Shown here in pieces: positions 30,340-39,789 of a stretch of DNA of 64,000 bases. The notes under the pieces were generated by a model, which was not told the origin of the DNA, ran no database searches, and saw only the letters and a program-made list of their open reading frames with translations. Location: the NCBI GenBank assembly GCA_963793265.1, contig CAWBZI010000004.1:448001-512000 (forward strand), read 5' to 3'. This DNA is from an uncultured cyanobacterium (lineage in GTDB: Bacteria > Cyanobacteriota > Cyanobacteriia > Phormidesmidales > Phormidesmidaceae). The position numbers were made by a program, and so were the translations under genes. Every line of letters begins with the position of its first letter. The stretch's first letter is position 1.

Positions 30340-30878
30340 ATCTCGATAAATGACGATTTTTCAGTTGTTTTCAGCTGTCTTTATTTACTTAGATTTCGGC
30401 TGTTAAGTGTGATTTTCAGTTTTTACTCAAGCGTACGTCTTTATTCATAACTACTGAACTTAGTACCTGTAATCCTGAAGAATTTATACTGAAGTTATAT
30501 AAACATGATCAGAGATAGCACTGAATGGAGAAATGAACGTCAGACACTATAAGGACTGACACTATCGCAAACTATTTATTTTTTATGTGTGCTGTATCAA
30601 AATAGTGAGCGCTTTTGTGTAAATAGCGCTGCCTGTGAAAAGCGACCTAATTCCCTCTAGTCTGTTACAGCCGCTATCTATTCTTAAGCCGATAGCCATG
30701 CTTTTACTTTCTTTTTACCTGATGTGGAAAGGAATTTGCCTGCTTTTGAGAGCTGCTTTATTTGGATCTGAACCGAGCAGCGATCGCCTAGATTCTAATG
30801 TGTCGGTTGTATGTAGTGGCTTAGTAATGTAGTGCACCTGAATACACTGATTCTATGTGCGTCCGTAAAAACACGCAA

Positions 30879-33158
30879 TCAAAAATCATCGTTGCTGAAG
30901 ATCTCTTCGTCGAGAGAACCTTCGGTAAAAGGCTCCACCCAGGGCTCAGCTTTATCAGCCTCGGTAGCACCGTCTATAAATAGTGCTTCTGATTCCTGCG
31001 TAACTGGATCAGGTGCAGGCGGATCGTAAATTGGCGATTCAATGAACGGCTCGGTTGACGGTTCAACTGGCCTTGGGTGAGTGATATTTGGTGTCGTCGG
31101 GGTCGGCTGATTGTAGACGGGCTCAGCTTTGATTACGGTGGGGAAAGAAAGGGGCTGATCGAGGGTTTTTGAAGCGCTACGAATGGACTGAAGAATGGCT
31201 GTGCCGTGTTCTTTGGTCGCTAGCTGAAGCTTGGCGTCACGAATGGTAACGGGCAAAAACTCAACCTTCATCTGCTGATTTCTCAGAGATACCTTGAGCG
31301 CGGCAGTGTCGTGGTCTTGGAGCGGATCGCTGTCGAAGGTAAAGTCACCTAATGAGTAGGCAATGGGGCGATCGCGATAAATTTCAGTGCCTTGTACAAA
31401 GTCAGGATGGTAGCCAACGACTAAATCGGCACCGGCATCAACGGCCTCATGCGCAAGTGACTTTTGCCAGTCTTCAGGGGCTGTTGTTGTGAAATCGGGC
31501 TGTGAGGGATCTGACGCGGGTTTCTGTTCTGATAGTGATTGCAGGTCACTCTCATGCTCGGTATGACTCTCGCTTGAGTTAGCCCACCGATAGTTCACGA
31601 CAATCCAATCCACTTGAGAACGGATTGCCTGAATATCTTCGGTAATATGCTGGCGATTCTCGCTGTTGGCAAGAGCCACGCCTGCTTTTTCACCCTTAGC
31701 TCCTTTAAGCGCATCAGGGTTGTAGCCCAAGTAGGCAATCCGCTGGCCTTTCACTTCTAAAATTTCGGGGCGATGGGCCTCCTGCTGATTGCGTCCGGCT
31801 CCGACACGATAGAGGCCCTGGCGATCTAAATTGTTTAGCGTTTCAGCAAGGCCCCTTGCTCCATACTTCAGCGTGCTTTCGTCTGCAAGGCTGATAATAT
31901 CAATGCCGCCTGCTTTGAGCGTTTGCACCGCTTGGGGCCGGGTGCGGTGATGAAAATCTTCTTGGAGTGTCGTGCTGGCATTGGCTAAAGGTTCTGCCAA
32001 GCCCACCATGGCGACGTCAGCCTGCTGGTAGATATCAATATCGGAGAAAAGGCGGTCAATATCGCTGGTTTCTTCGAATACAAAGTCGTTGAGGCTCAGC
32101 TCGCCGCCGAATACTAGCGTAACAGTCGGGTTAGCTGGCTCTGCCACATCGCGATGCGGCACAACGGCCACGGTTTCTAAGGCAGCTTCAACGGTTCTAC
32201 CGGAAAATCTGCTGGCCGGGCGAAAAGAAATGGCAGTCGCCCCGGAGAAGTCGTCCATTTCTTCGGCAAACCAGGGCGCAATGTTGTCTTCTGGGGCGAC
32301 AACTACGCTAGAGAGACGGGTTGATAAAATGAGTTCGCTGAAGCCGCCGAAGAACAGCGCTGCGATCGCCCCGCCGCAAATCAGCATGGCGCGCACAAAA
32401 TTAAACTGACTTTTCACAGCCTGGCGCGTTAGCTGACTCGATTTGGACTCGTGGGCCAACAGCGTGGACGCTCTGTTTGAAGCGACCTGAAGGGTTTGAG
32501 ACTGCTTTTGCGCGCGCTCGGTGGCCGTTGGAATGCGAATGATCTTCTCCCAATCGGTCTTGCTAGCGCCTAGCGGACGAACAATCAGGTGAACGCCTTC
32601 AATAATCTCTGAGTTGAGGTGGTAGAGGCGATCGCACACAAACCGACTCAGCCGCTTGGGCTCAGGGGCACGCTCAAACTCTACTAGAACCTTTAGACGA
32701 CCAGGCACCTTGTCAGCGAGTACCTGAGCGTAGAGATCGTGATTGACCAATTGAGCGTTTAGCCAGTAGGCGATCGCCTGAAAATGCCCTTCAGATGCCA
32801 TTTGCTGAAGGTTCAACAGCTCCGCACCCTCTACAGCGACTATCGGTTCAACATTATCTTCGACATTCTCAACTGTCGGTGGTGCTACAGCAGGTCTTTT
32901 AAAAACTAGCTGACGATTGGGCTGAGCAAGTGGCGTAGGCAGACCGCTCGATTCTCTCGGCGCTGAGTGGGCCGCTTGAACGGGCTTCCTATGTGTTTCT
33001 ACAGGCTTGGCTCCGGTCGTAGACTGCTGACTGCGCTGCGCGGTTACCTTCGCCAGTATCTTGTCTAGCGATGACGATACGGCAGCAGCTTTTTGAGACA
33101 CGTCAGCCGCTGCGATTGAGGTCGCATAACCGGTTTCTTGTTGAGATGCGATCGCCAT
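30879..33158 (-). CDS. CapA (PGA_cap) family protein with long N-terminal extension, probably catalytically degenerate
   Basis: AGGIDIISLA, VGAGRNQQEA, AVDAGADLVVG, IAYSLGDF scaffold; central TM helix. Confidence 0.8.
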   Translation of the reverse strand: MAIASQQETGYATSIAAADVSQKAAAVSSSLDKILAKVTAQRSQQSTTGAKPVETHRKPVQAAHSAPRESSGLPTPLAQPNRQLVFKRPAVAPPTVENVEDNVEPIVAVEGAELLNLQQMASEGHFQAIAYWLNAQLVNHDLYAQVLADKVPGRLKVLVEFERAPEPKRLSRFVCDRLYHLNSEIIEGVHLIVRPLGASKTDWEKIIRIPTATERAQKQSQTLQVASNRASTLLAHESKSSQLTRQAVKSQFNFVRAMLICGGAIAALFFGGFSELILSTRLSSVVVAPEDNIAPWFAEEMDDFSGATAISFRPASRFSGRTVEAALETVAVVPHRDVAEPANPTVTLVFGGELSLNDFVFEETSDIDRLFSDIDIYQQADVAMVGLAEPLANASTTLQEDFHHRTRPQAVQTLKAGGIDIISLADESTLKYGARGLAETLNNLDRQGLYRVGAGRNQQEAHRPEILEVKGQRIAYLGYNPDALKGAKGEKAGVALANSENRQHITEDIQAIRSQVDWIVVNYRWANSSESHTEHESDLQSLSEQKPASDPSQPDFTTTAPEDWQKSLAHEAVDAGADLVVGYHPDFVQGTEIYRDRPIAYSLGDFTFDSDPLQDHDTAALKVSLRNQQMKVEFLPVTIRDAKLQLATKEHGTAILQSIRSASKTLDQPLSFPTVIKAEPVYNQPTPTTPNITHPRPVEPSTEPFIESPIYDPPAPDPVTQESEALFIDGATEADKAEPWVEPFTEGSLDEEIFSNDDF

Positions 33159-33493
33159 TGATGGGCCCGTTCAAACTCGTTTTTAATGGGTGGCTTTATA
33201 TGGTTTGGCCCTTAAATATGGGTGAAAGTATAGAGCACAACACGCGCGCCTGGGTGCCTTCAACGATGCGATTAAGTTATATTCACCAGGCATTAACAGC
33301 ACTATCGGTTATCAGTGCATACACTGATACGCAGCGACTTTGCTTTCTCTAAAGGGCTTTTTCATATGGCTATCCACCTAGAAAAAGCTTACCCACTTTT
33401 ATTGATATTTCACATTCTCTTTATATTTGTGCTGACGAGTCTGTTCTGCTAGTTTGCTCAACTGAGCATAGGCCGATTGATCGCAGACGCTGG

Positions 33494-35038
33494 CTAAGGG
33501 TTCGCGCTCGGATAGGGCTCTTCTTCAAGCACACTTTCTGTAGCACTCTCAGACTCGCTACCAGATTCACCACCAGATTCGCTGTCAGGCTCATTATCAA
33601 TCTGCGGTTCACTGCTGGTTTCTTCAGCTGCGCTAGTGCCCAACGGCGTTACGGCTGGCTGAATGGCTTTGTCAGCTTGTTCGTAGGTAAGATCTGAAAT
33701 GCGGTGGATTAGCTCAACGGCTCTGTTGTCGTTACTGGGCCGCTCTACCAGAGCCGCTACGATATAGCGCTTGCCATTCGATAGGTCTACTAAGGCAACA
33801 TCGCCCAGTACTGACTCAATGTCACCAGTTTTGTTATAAGTCAGCGCTTCTTTTTCGACCATGCCTGCGGCCAACAGGCTTTTGTTGTAGGTGCGGTTGA
33901 GGATGTTGAGGATGCGATCGCGTGACTTCAGAGTGAGGCGATCACCGCTGATCAGCAGCATGGTATGCACCAAATCCTTTGCACTTGTCGTATTCGTGCC
34001 GGTCAAGTCAGGTAGCGGGCTATTTAGCGTCGTCTTTTGCAGGCCGTACTCTACAAATTTTGCATTGAGCTTGTCAGGGCCACCCAGCAGATCGATCATC
34101 ATATTGGTCGCTGTATTGTCGCTATTGACAATCATCTGGGTGGCGACCTCTAGCGCTGTAAACTGAGTGCCTGGCGAAGAGAACTGAATATCGCCCGAAC
34201 CCTCTGCAATTTGCTCTGGCAGTAGTGCAACCGTTTGATTAAAGGTCACCAGATCTTCGTCTATAGCATCAAAGAACGCTAGCAAAACCGGTAGCTTGAT
34301 GGTGCTTGCAGCGGCGATAGAACCTGTCCCTTCAAGATCAACGTAGTCACCAGATTCAACGTCGATATAGAAAGCTTTGGGCGTAAGCGAAGGATATAAA
34401 TTCGGGAGTTCTTGCATCGCTGTTTTAAGCGCCACATTTTCCTGGCCCAGGGTCATTGGAAATGTGGCACGTACTGGCTCAGGTGCGGTAATAGCTGCTT
34501 CTGAGATAGTCGATGTCGATGGCTTATCCGGCAGCGCTTTGAGTATCGTGCCGCCAATGACGGCAATCCCCAACCCGGCTACGGCCAAGCGGCCCATATA
34601 AAGCAGTGGAACTGGCGCTTTGCGTCTGACGTTTCGTCTGCGAGCTAAGCTGAGATTAGGCGGCGTTTTCTTCCCTGCTGGTGCACTAATCTTCGTGGGG
34701 TTGACGCCTGAAGTAGACTCGCCTGCTAGCTTGAGCGGTGGTGATTTGCGCGATCGCAGACGCTGGCGAGCTTGAGTAGACTCACCCCCTCTAAGGCTTC
34801 CTTTTGGGCCTCTTCTCGCCCTATTTTCACCTGATGCCTGGCCACCTAGACGCTTACGCTGCACTGATTCTCTGCGGCTCCTGCGGCTCGAAAGACTCGT
34901 GCTTTTATCCACATCAGCAAACACCTTGGAACGGGAACGGCTTCTGCGAATGGGCGTTTCTTTTGCCGTCGGCACACTTTGATCCGTTGGCTGCAAGGGG
35001 CCGTTTGAATTATTTTGCGTGCCGTTGGCATCTGTCAT
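33494..35038 (-). CDS. Class A beta-lactamase-like serine hydrolase, membrane anchored
   Basis: SxxK (ASTIK), SDN and KTG motifs; Arg-rich N-terminus then TM helix. Confidence 0.88.
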   Translation of the reverse strand: MTDANGTQNNSNGPLQPTDQSVPTAKETPIRRSRSRSKVFADVDKSTSLSSRRSRRESVQRKRLGGQASGENRARRGPKGSLRGGESTQARQRLRSRKSPPLKLAGESTSGVNPTKISAPAGKKTPPNLSLARRRNVRRKAPVPLLYMGRLAVAGLGIAVIGGTILKALPDKPSTSTISEAAITAPEPVRATFPMTLGQENVALKTAMQELPNLYPSLTPKAFYIDVESGDYVDLEGTGSIAAASTIKLPVLLAFFDAIDEDLVTFNQTVALLPEQIAEGSGDIQFSSPGTQFTALEVATQMIVNSDNTATNMMIDLLGGPDKLNAKFVEYGLQKTTLNSPLPDLTGTNTTSAKDLVHTMLLISGDRLTLKSRDRILNILNRTYNKSLLAAGMVEKEALTYNKTGDIESVLGDVALVDLSNGKRYIVAALVERPSNDNRAVELIHRISDLTYEQADKAIQPAVTPLGTSAAEETSSEPQIDNEPDSESGGESGSESESATESVLEEEPYPSANP

Positions 35039-35060
35039 GGCTTCAAAACCTTTTGTTTGG

Positions 35061-35930
35061 TTAATGCTGGTTCGAGTTTGATATCGACCATTCCACCTGC
35101 CGAAGAATGCCCCTGAGCATCGTGACTTCGTGGGAGGAGGGCGCAGCGCGGTGTAATAGCTGTCTGAACTTACGCATCCGGCTCTGCTTGGTGTGTGGAT
35201 ACAAATATTCCACTTGCAGCAGCACTCGCTCTAAGTGCTGATAGTATCCCTCTAGCTCATCAAGTGATGCTTGATTTAATACGCTAAGTTCCGTTTGTTT
35301 ACCAGATAGCGGTGAGCTTCGTAAAGCCTTTTGATCAATTTCTTTTGGCTGCTGGCTAGCGCGATTTAGCTCGTAACAGCAGATAGCCACCGCCTGAGCT
35401 AAATTCAGAGCGCTGTAGCTGTCATCTGTCGGTACTTTAATAAACTGTTGAGCATAGGCAAGTTCCTCATTACTCAGCCCGCTGTCTTCTCGGCCAAAAA
35501 TTAAGGCTACGTCTTTAGGGCGATCAGCCTCAGAGGTCTTCGTCAAAGCTTCAGACTGAGTGAATAGGCTAGAGAAAACTGCTTCGGGAAGCTGTAAGGG
35601 CGCGTCGAATCCACGCTGGCGGGCGGTAGTTGCGATCGCCTGCCGACATCCCACCAAAGCTTCGGGCACTGAATTTACTTGCTTAGCCGCTTCGAGCACA
35701 TCTTTGGCATGGACGGCCATCTGCAACGCTTCACTGCCGAGCGGATCGCACTGAGGATTGACGAGCACTAGCTGCTGTATGCCAAAGTTTTTCATCACGC
35801 GCGCAATAGAGCCCACGTTGAGCGGGCCTGCTGGTGAGACGAGCACAATTCGCACGGTGCTCAAGAGGCTGCTTGAGGCGTCTTGGTCTGGCGTTTTCTG
35901 CTCTGGTGAAGAGGGCGTTGGTGAAGACAT
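35061..35930 (-). CDS. trmJ: TrmJ/LasT family SPOUT RNA methyltransferase
   Basis: NVGSIARVMKNFG, LIFGREDSGLSNEEL, LNLAQAV. Confidence 0.88.
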   Translation of the reverse strand: MSSPTPSSPEQKTPDQDASSSLLSTVRIVLVSPAGPLNVGSIARVMKNFGIQQLVLVNPQCDPLGSEALQMAVHAKDVLEAAKQVNSVPEALVGCRQAIATTARQRGFDAPLQLPEAVFSSLFTQSEALTKTSEADRPKDVALIFGREDSGLSNEELAYAQQFIKVPTDDSYSALNLAQAVAICCYELNRASQQPKEIDQKALRSSPLSGKQTELSVLNQASLDELEGYYQHLERVLLQVEYLYPHTKQSRMRKFRQLLHRAAPSSHEVTMLRGILRQVEWSISNSNQH

Positions 35931-35988
35931 GTTTTAGAGTTTAAATGAGTAGCCCCTTTTTGTTTCACCTCTTATTTATTTCAACGCT

Positions 35989-36150
35989 ATGGCCCGTCAA
36001 CGTGCAAAATCCGATCTGCCTACTAAAATTTGTCCGGTGTGCGGCAGGCCGTTTACCTGGCGAAAAAAATGGGAAAAGGTGTGGGACGAGGTGAAGTACT
36101 GCTCTGAGCGCTGTCGGCGTCGGCGTAATCAGGTAGAAAAAGAGTCTTAG
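35989..36150 (+). CDS. DUF2256-like small Cys-rich protein (53 aa, absent from ORF track)
   Basis: Manual translation [53 protein letters not shown]. Confidence 0.88.
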   Translation: MARQRAKSDLPTKICPVCGRPFTWRKKWEKVWDEVKYCSERCRRRRNQVEKES

Positions 36151-36803
36151 AGCAAGGTTTGGATGTAGGGATCGGTGAAGTTCGCGATCGCCTTTATGGC
36201 CCCTACAGCCGTCAGCTCATCGGGCTCGTGAGTGGTGGTCATGCCGATGGTTTTGATGCCTGCGCCTACGGCTGAGCGGATACCTGCTGTGGAGTCTTCG
36301 AATGCGATCGCAGCTTCAGCTTCTATCCCAAGCCTATCTAAAGCCGTTTGATAGGGCAGCGGGTCGGGCTTCCCTCGGGGCAAATCATCTCCAATTACAA
36401 TGAATTCAAAAGCGTCGGTCAGGCCCAGTTCGCTCAACATAAAGTGAGCGTTTTCAGGAGGTGCGTTCGTGACGACAGCCACCACAATACCTTTCTTGGC
36501 AAGCTGTTTTAGCAAACTTAGAAGCCCTGGCAGAGGCGTCAGATTTCCCTTAGCCATCTCCCGAAAATTCTCCTCTTTTTTAGCGCTAAACGCCTCACCT
36601 TCTTCGGCAGAAAGCTGCGGTAGGAAGTCTGCTAAAATCGCTGCGTTTTGCCGTCCGCTAATTTTTTTGCGATAGATATCTCGATTCAAATCGATGCCTT
36701 TTTTCGCAAAAAAATCTTGAAAGACTCGAAAGTGAACCTTATCGCTATCTGTGAGGGTGCCATCGAGATCAAAGATCACGGCTTTAAGCTCAGCTTTAGT
36801 CAT
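36147..36803 (-). CDS. HAD-superfamily phosphatase (CbbY/beta-PGM-like)
   Basis: FDLDGTL, VVTNA, KPDP, FEDS..G motifs. Confidence 0.9.
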   Translation of the reverse strand: MTKAELKAVIFDLDGTLTDSDKVHFRVFQDFFAKKGIDLNRDIYRKKISGRQNAAILADFLPQLSAEEGEAFSAKKEENFREMAKGNLTPLPGLLSLLKQLAKKGIVVAVVTNAPPENAHFMLSELGLTDAFEFIVIGDDLPRGKPDPLPYQTALDRLGIEAEAAIAFEDSTAGIRSAVGAGIKTIGMTTTHEPDELTAVGAIKAIANFTDPYIQTLL

Positions 36804-36859
36804 CTCGCCTTGTCAACCCTTGCTCGCGCAATAAACCCTTACCATTGTGTCGCTGTGTG

Positions 36860-36970
36860 CCGTGATAGTCTAGTTATTCTTACGGGGAAAGTTCGGTGAA
36901 AAACCGGCGCTGTCCCGCAACTGTGATGGCGCAGGTAAATGCGTCCAAAGCCAGAATGCCCGTACGATCT
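36860..36970 (+). promoter_or_regulatory. Cobalamin (B12) riboswitch; boundaries approximate
   Basis: GGGAAAG-ttCGGTGAAAAACCGgcgctgtCCCGCAACTGT core and AGCCAGAATGCC B12 box; tacggg/cccgta closing stem; upstream of hupE and cobW. Confidence 0.9.
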
Positions 36971-37043
36971 ATGGCCACATAAGCATAGATATTCTCTCAG
37001 ATACTTAAGCTCCATCTGCGCGGTACAGATGCAAGAGGTAATA

Positions 37044-37703
37044 ATGATCAATAGCAGTGTTTTAACCCGATTAGGCACGGTTCGCGGTGTCGCTACTGCC
37101 GCCGCCGTGAGCGGGCTTGCAACGCTAACCATAGCGGCCCCAGCCATGGCCCACCATCCATTCGGCGGCAGTGCGCCCAAAACCTTTTTTGAAGGCTTCG
37201 TTTCGGGTATCGGTCACCCTGTTTTAGGGTTTGACCATTTAGCATTTGTAATTGCAGTGGGTTTAGTTGCTGCCATTTTAGGACGTGGCGCTACCGTTAT
37301 GCTGACTTTTTTGCTGGCCGCTTTAACAGGCACAGGACTACATTTAGCAGGTATCACGCTACCGGCTGCTGAGCTGGTGATTTCGTTTTCTGTGCTGCTA
37401 TTTGGGCTTTTGGCGATTACGCAGCGATCGCTAAACACTTTTCTAGTCGTGGCGTTAGCTGCATTCGCAGGCGCGTTTCACGGCTACGCCTACGGTGAAG
37501 CCATTTTTGGCGCAGAGCCTACGCCTTTGGTGGCCTATTTAGTTGGATTTACGTTGGTGCAAGGGGTGATCGCAACAGCGGCCTACCTTCTCTCTCAACG
37601 CGCCATCAGCAAAGATCGCACGGTCGGCATTCTCTCCGTTCGTCAGGCTGGGTTTGCTGTCTGCGGCGCGGGAGCAATTCTCTTAGGCAATCTCTTCGCC
37701 TAG
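37044..37703 (+). CDS. hupE: HupE/UreJ family Co/Ni transporter
   Basis: AMAHH after signal peptide, GHPVLGFDHL, FHGYAYG; SD GAGG before ATG 37044. Confidence 0.9.
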   Translation: MINSSVLTRLGTVRGVATAAAVSGLATLTIAAPAMAHHPFGGSAPKTFFEGFVSGIGHPVLGFDHLAFVIAVGLVAAILGRGATVMLTFLLAALTGTGLHLAGITLPAAELVISFSVLLFGLLAITQRSLNTFLVVALAAFAGAFHGYAYGEAIFGAEPTPLVAYLVGFTLVQGVIATAAYLLSQRAISKDRTVGILSVRQAGFAVCGAGAILLGNLFA

Positions 37704-37746
37704 ATTCTGTTTTATTTCGACTTGTTCTTTCTGACTTAAAAAAACC

Positions 37747-38793
37747 ATGAGTAAGCTTCCTGTTACGGTAGTCACTGGCTTTTTAGGAGCCGGTAAAACA
37801 ACGCTGGTTAGAAATCTGCTGCAAAACAATCAGGGCCGCCGAATTGCCGTTATTGTCAACGAATTTGGCGAAGTTGGGATTGATGGTGAGCTGTTGCGTG
37901 ACTGTCAGGTTTGCGATGAAGAGAGTGAAAGTTCATCTGCTGGCACACCGCAAAACAACATTTTAGAGCTGGCTAACGGCTGCTTGTGCTGCACCGTGCA
38001 AGAAGAGTTTTTGCCTACTATGCAGGCGCTAATCGAACGGCGTGATGAGATTGACTGTGTGGTGATCGAAACTTCTGGCTTAGCGCTGCCCAAGCCTTTG
38101 GTTCAAGCCTTTCGCTGGCCTGAGATTCGCACGAGTGCAACGGTTGATGGGGTGGTGACGGTCGTAGACTGTGAGGCTCTTGCTAAAGGCGAGCTAGTCG
38201 GTGACCTAGCAGCTTTAGAAGCGCAAAGACAGGCGGATGAAGAACTCGACCATGAAACGCCGATTGAGGAGCTGTTTGAAGATCAGCTCGGCTGCGCGGA
38301 TATGGTGCTACTTACGAAGACTGATCGAGTAAGTCCTGACGAATTGGGCAAGGTGAAAGACTGGCTAGCGCACGAGCTGTCAGGCGGCGTGAAAGTGGTG
38401 CCCTGTCAAAATGGCGAACTGAGCCCTGATGTACTGTTGGGCTTTAGCGCTGCGGTAGAAGATGACTTGGACAATCGGCATAGCCATCACGACCATGAAG
38501 CTGATCATGAGCACGATGATGACATAACTTCTATTCCACTCACGCTAGAGCAAGCGTTTGAGCCTAAAGCGCTAGTAGAAAAGCTAACAGCGCTGGTGAG
38601 TGAGCAGGAGATCTATCGGATTAAAGGGTTTGTCGCCGTGCCAAATAAGTCGATGCGCCTGGTATTGAACGGCGTGGGTAAACGGTTTGATTACTTTTAT
38701 GATCGGCCCTGGCGCGTGGATGAGCTGCGGCAAACAAAGCTAATTGTGATTGGGCATGAGCTAGTGCCGGAGAAGATTCGGGCGGCGCTGTAG
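37747..38793 (+). CDS. cobW: Cobalamin biosynthesis GTPase/metallochaperone CobW (COG0523)
   Basis: TGFLGAGKTT, NEFGEVGIDG, GCLCC, ETSGLALP, His-rich HSHHDHEADHEH. Confidence 0.93.
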   Translation: MSKLPVTVVTGFLGAGKTTLVRNLLQNNQGRRIAVIVNEFGEVGIDGELLRDCQVCDEESESSSAGTPQNNILELANGCLCCTVQEEFLPTMQALIERRDEIDCVVIETSGLALPKPLVQAFRWPEIRTSATVDGVVTVVDCEALAKGELVGDLAALEAQRQADEELDHETPIEELFEDQLGCADMVLLTKTDRVSPDELGKVKDWLAHELSGGVKVVPCQNGELSPDVLLGFSAAVEDDLDNRHSHHDHEADHEHDDDITSIPLTLEQAFEPKALVEKLTALVSEQEIYRIKGFVAVPNKSMRLVLNGVGKRFDYFYDRPWRVDELRQTKLIVIGHELVPEKIRAAL

Positions 38794-38824
38794 TGAACTT
38801 TGGGGGAGAGTAATTATCTTTCGG

Positions 38825-39679
38825 TTACGGGTGCTCAGATAGCCAATTTTCGAGATCTGCGATCGCTCCAAAATCCAAAAGCGCCTCTCCCAAACCCTCT
38901 AGCTGAGACGTGGAGAGCCGCTCAACTTCTGCTTCTAGCGCTGGCGTTAGAACGCCCACTTTCCTGTATAACTGCCTAACTACCAGCGCAAACTTACCTT
39001 CTTGCCGCCCTTCTTGCCGCCCTTCCTGCCGCCCTTCCTGCTTAATACTTTGATAGACGGAAGATTGCTCTAGTAAATCCATGCCAATAATCCTCTGAAT
39101 TAACGAATCGTCTTGTAGCACGAGCCCAGCTAATATAGCTGCCGATGCGCCGATGCTTTGCTGAATTTGGGGCTCTACAGTATCTCTAATTTTAGTCGCA
39201 ACTTGCTGTAGCGCAGCCGTTGGATCGTCAACTTTGCTCAGGATTGCAAAAGGTAAAAGTCCTGGTGACTGCAGAAACGCCTCAAAGGGTTGCTCCCACA
39301 AGCGGACGACCTCAAAAGTATGGGCGGTATTAGCTTTCTCAAAGCGGGTTTGATGTACCAGCTCTGACTGAGTGCGGCTGAGGTAGATGACAACTTGTCG
39401 AATATCTTTACGGCGGTGGATGCGATGGATGCGTACCCAGTAATCGAGCATTCTGAAGGGAATGTCTGGTTTGGGCTGCGTTTGAAATTCGATATGCAAA
39501 ATGTCATGGTCACCATTGGGCGGCTCAGACTGAAGCAGGAGGAGAGTATCTGCTCGGATGGGTTCTAGGGAGAGTTCAGAGGGGTTGAGCGTGGTGAGGG
39601 CGATGCGATCGCCCAGCAGCCAGTTGGCAAAGTCGGCAGAGTAGTTTTCGACTAGGAATTTACAGACGGGATCGTACAT
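38825..39679 (-). CDS. Rpn-family (recombination-promoting nuclease/putative transposase) protein with DUF4351 C-terminus
   Basis: YDPVCKFL, IRAD, HIEFQT PD-(D/E)xK-like core, RMLDY; QEGR repeats; LEGLGEALLDF..DLENWL. Confidence 0.88.
   Translation of the reverse strand: MYDPVCKFLVENYSADFANWLLGDRIALTTLNPSELSLEPIRADTLLLLQSEPPNGDHDILHIEFQTQPKPDIPFRMLDYWVRIHRIHRRKDIRQVVIYLSRTQSELVHQTRFEKANTAHTFEVVRLWEQPFEAFLQSPGLLPFAILSKVDDPTAALQQVATKIRDTVEPQIQQSIGASAAILAGLVLQDDSLIQRIIGMDLLEQSSVYQSIKQEGRQEGRQEGRQEGKFALVVRQLYRKVGVLTPALEAEVERLSTSQLEGLGEALLDFGAIADLENWLSEHP
38997..39040 (-). repeat. 12-bp tandem repeat encoding (QEGR)n
   Basis: ccttcttgccgc x2, ccttcctgccgc, partial ccttcctg. Confidence 0.85.
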
Positions 39680-39789
39680 GGCCAGATTCTACACTGCGGT
39701 GTGTTTAGACCATCCGAAGATAGGATTCTTGAAAGCCTTTTAGAATAGGGTGAGAAGCATAAGTTTTAGGCGATCGCACTTCATCTACT

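Noticed and set aside
30635..30832. 65-aa hydrophobic ORF divergent from the XRE gene (possible toxin)
   Set aside because: GTG start without a clear SD and no recognisable motif; cannot be supported
33494..35038. Acquired antibiotic-resistance beta-lactamase
   Set aside because: Membrane anchored, contains HIP1 sites, no mobile context; resembles native cyanobacterial PBP-like hydrolases
36839..37180. 113-aa minus-strand ORF and the extended 36939 start of hupE
   Set aside because: Both overlap the cobalamin riboswitch; hupE has a better SD-supported ATG at 37044
38825..39679. Rpn gene as an active IS transposase
   Set aside because: No terminal inverted repeats or target duplications seen; the family is not shown to transpose
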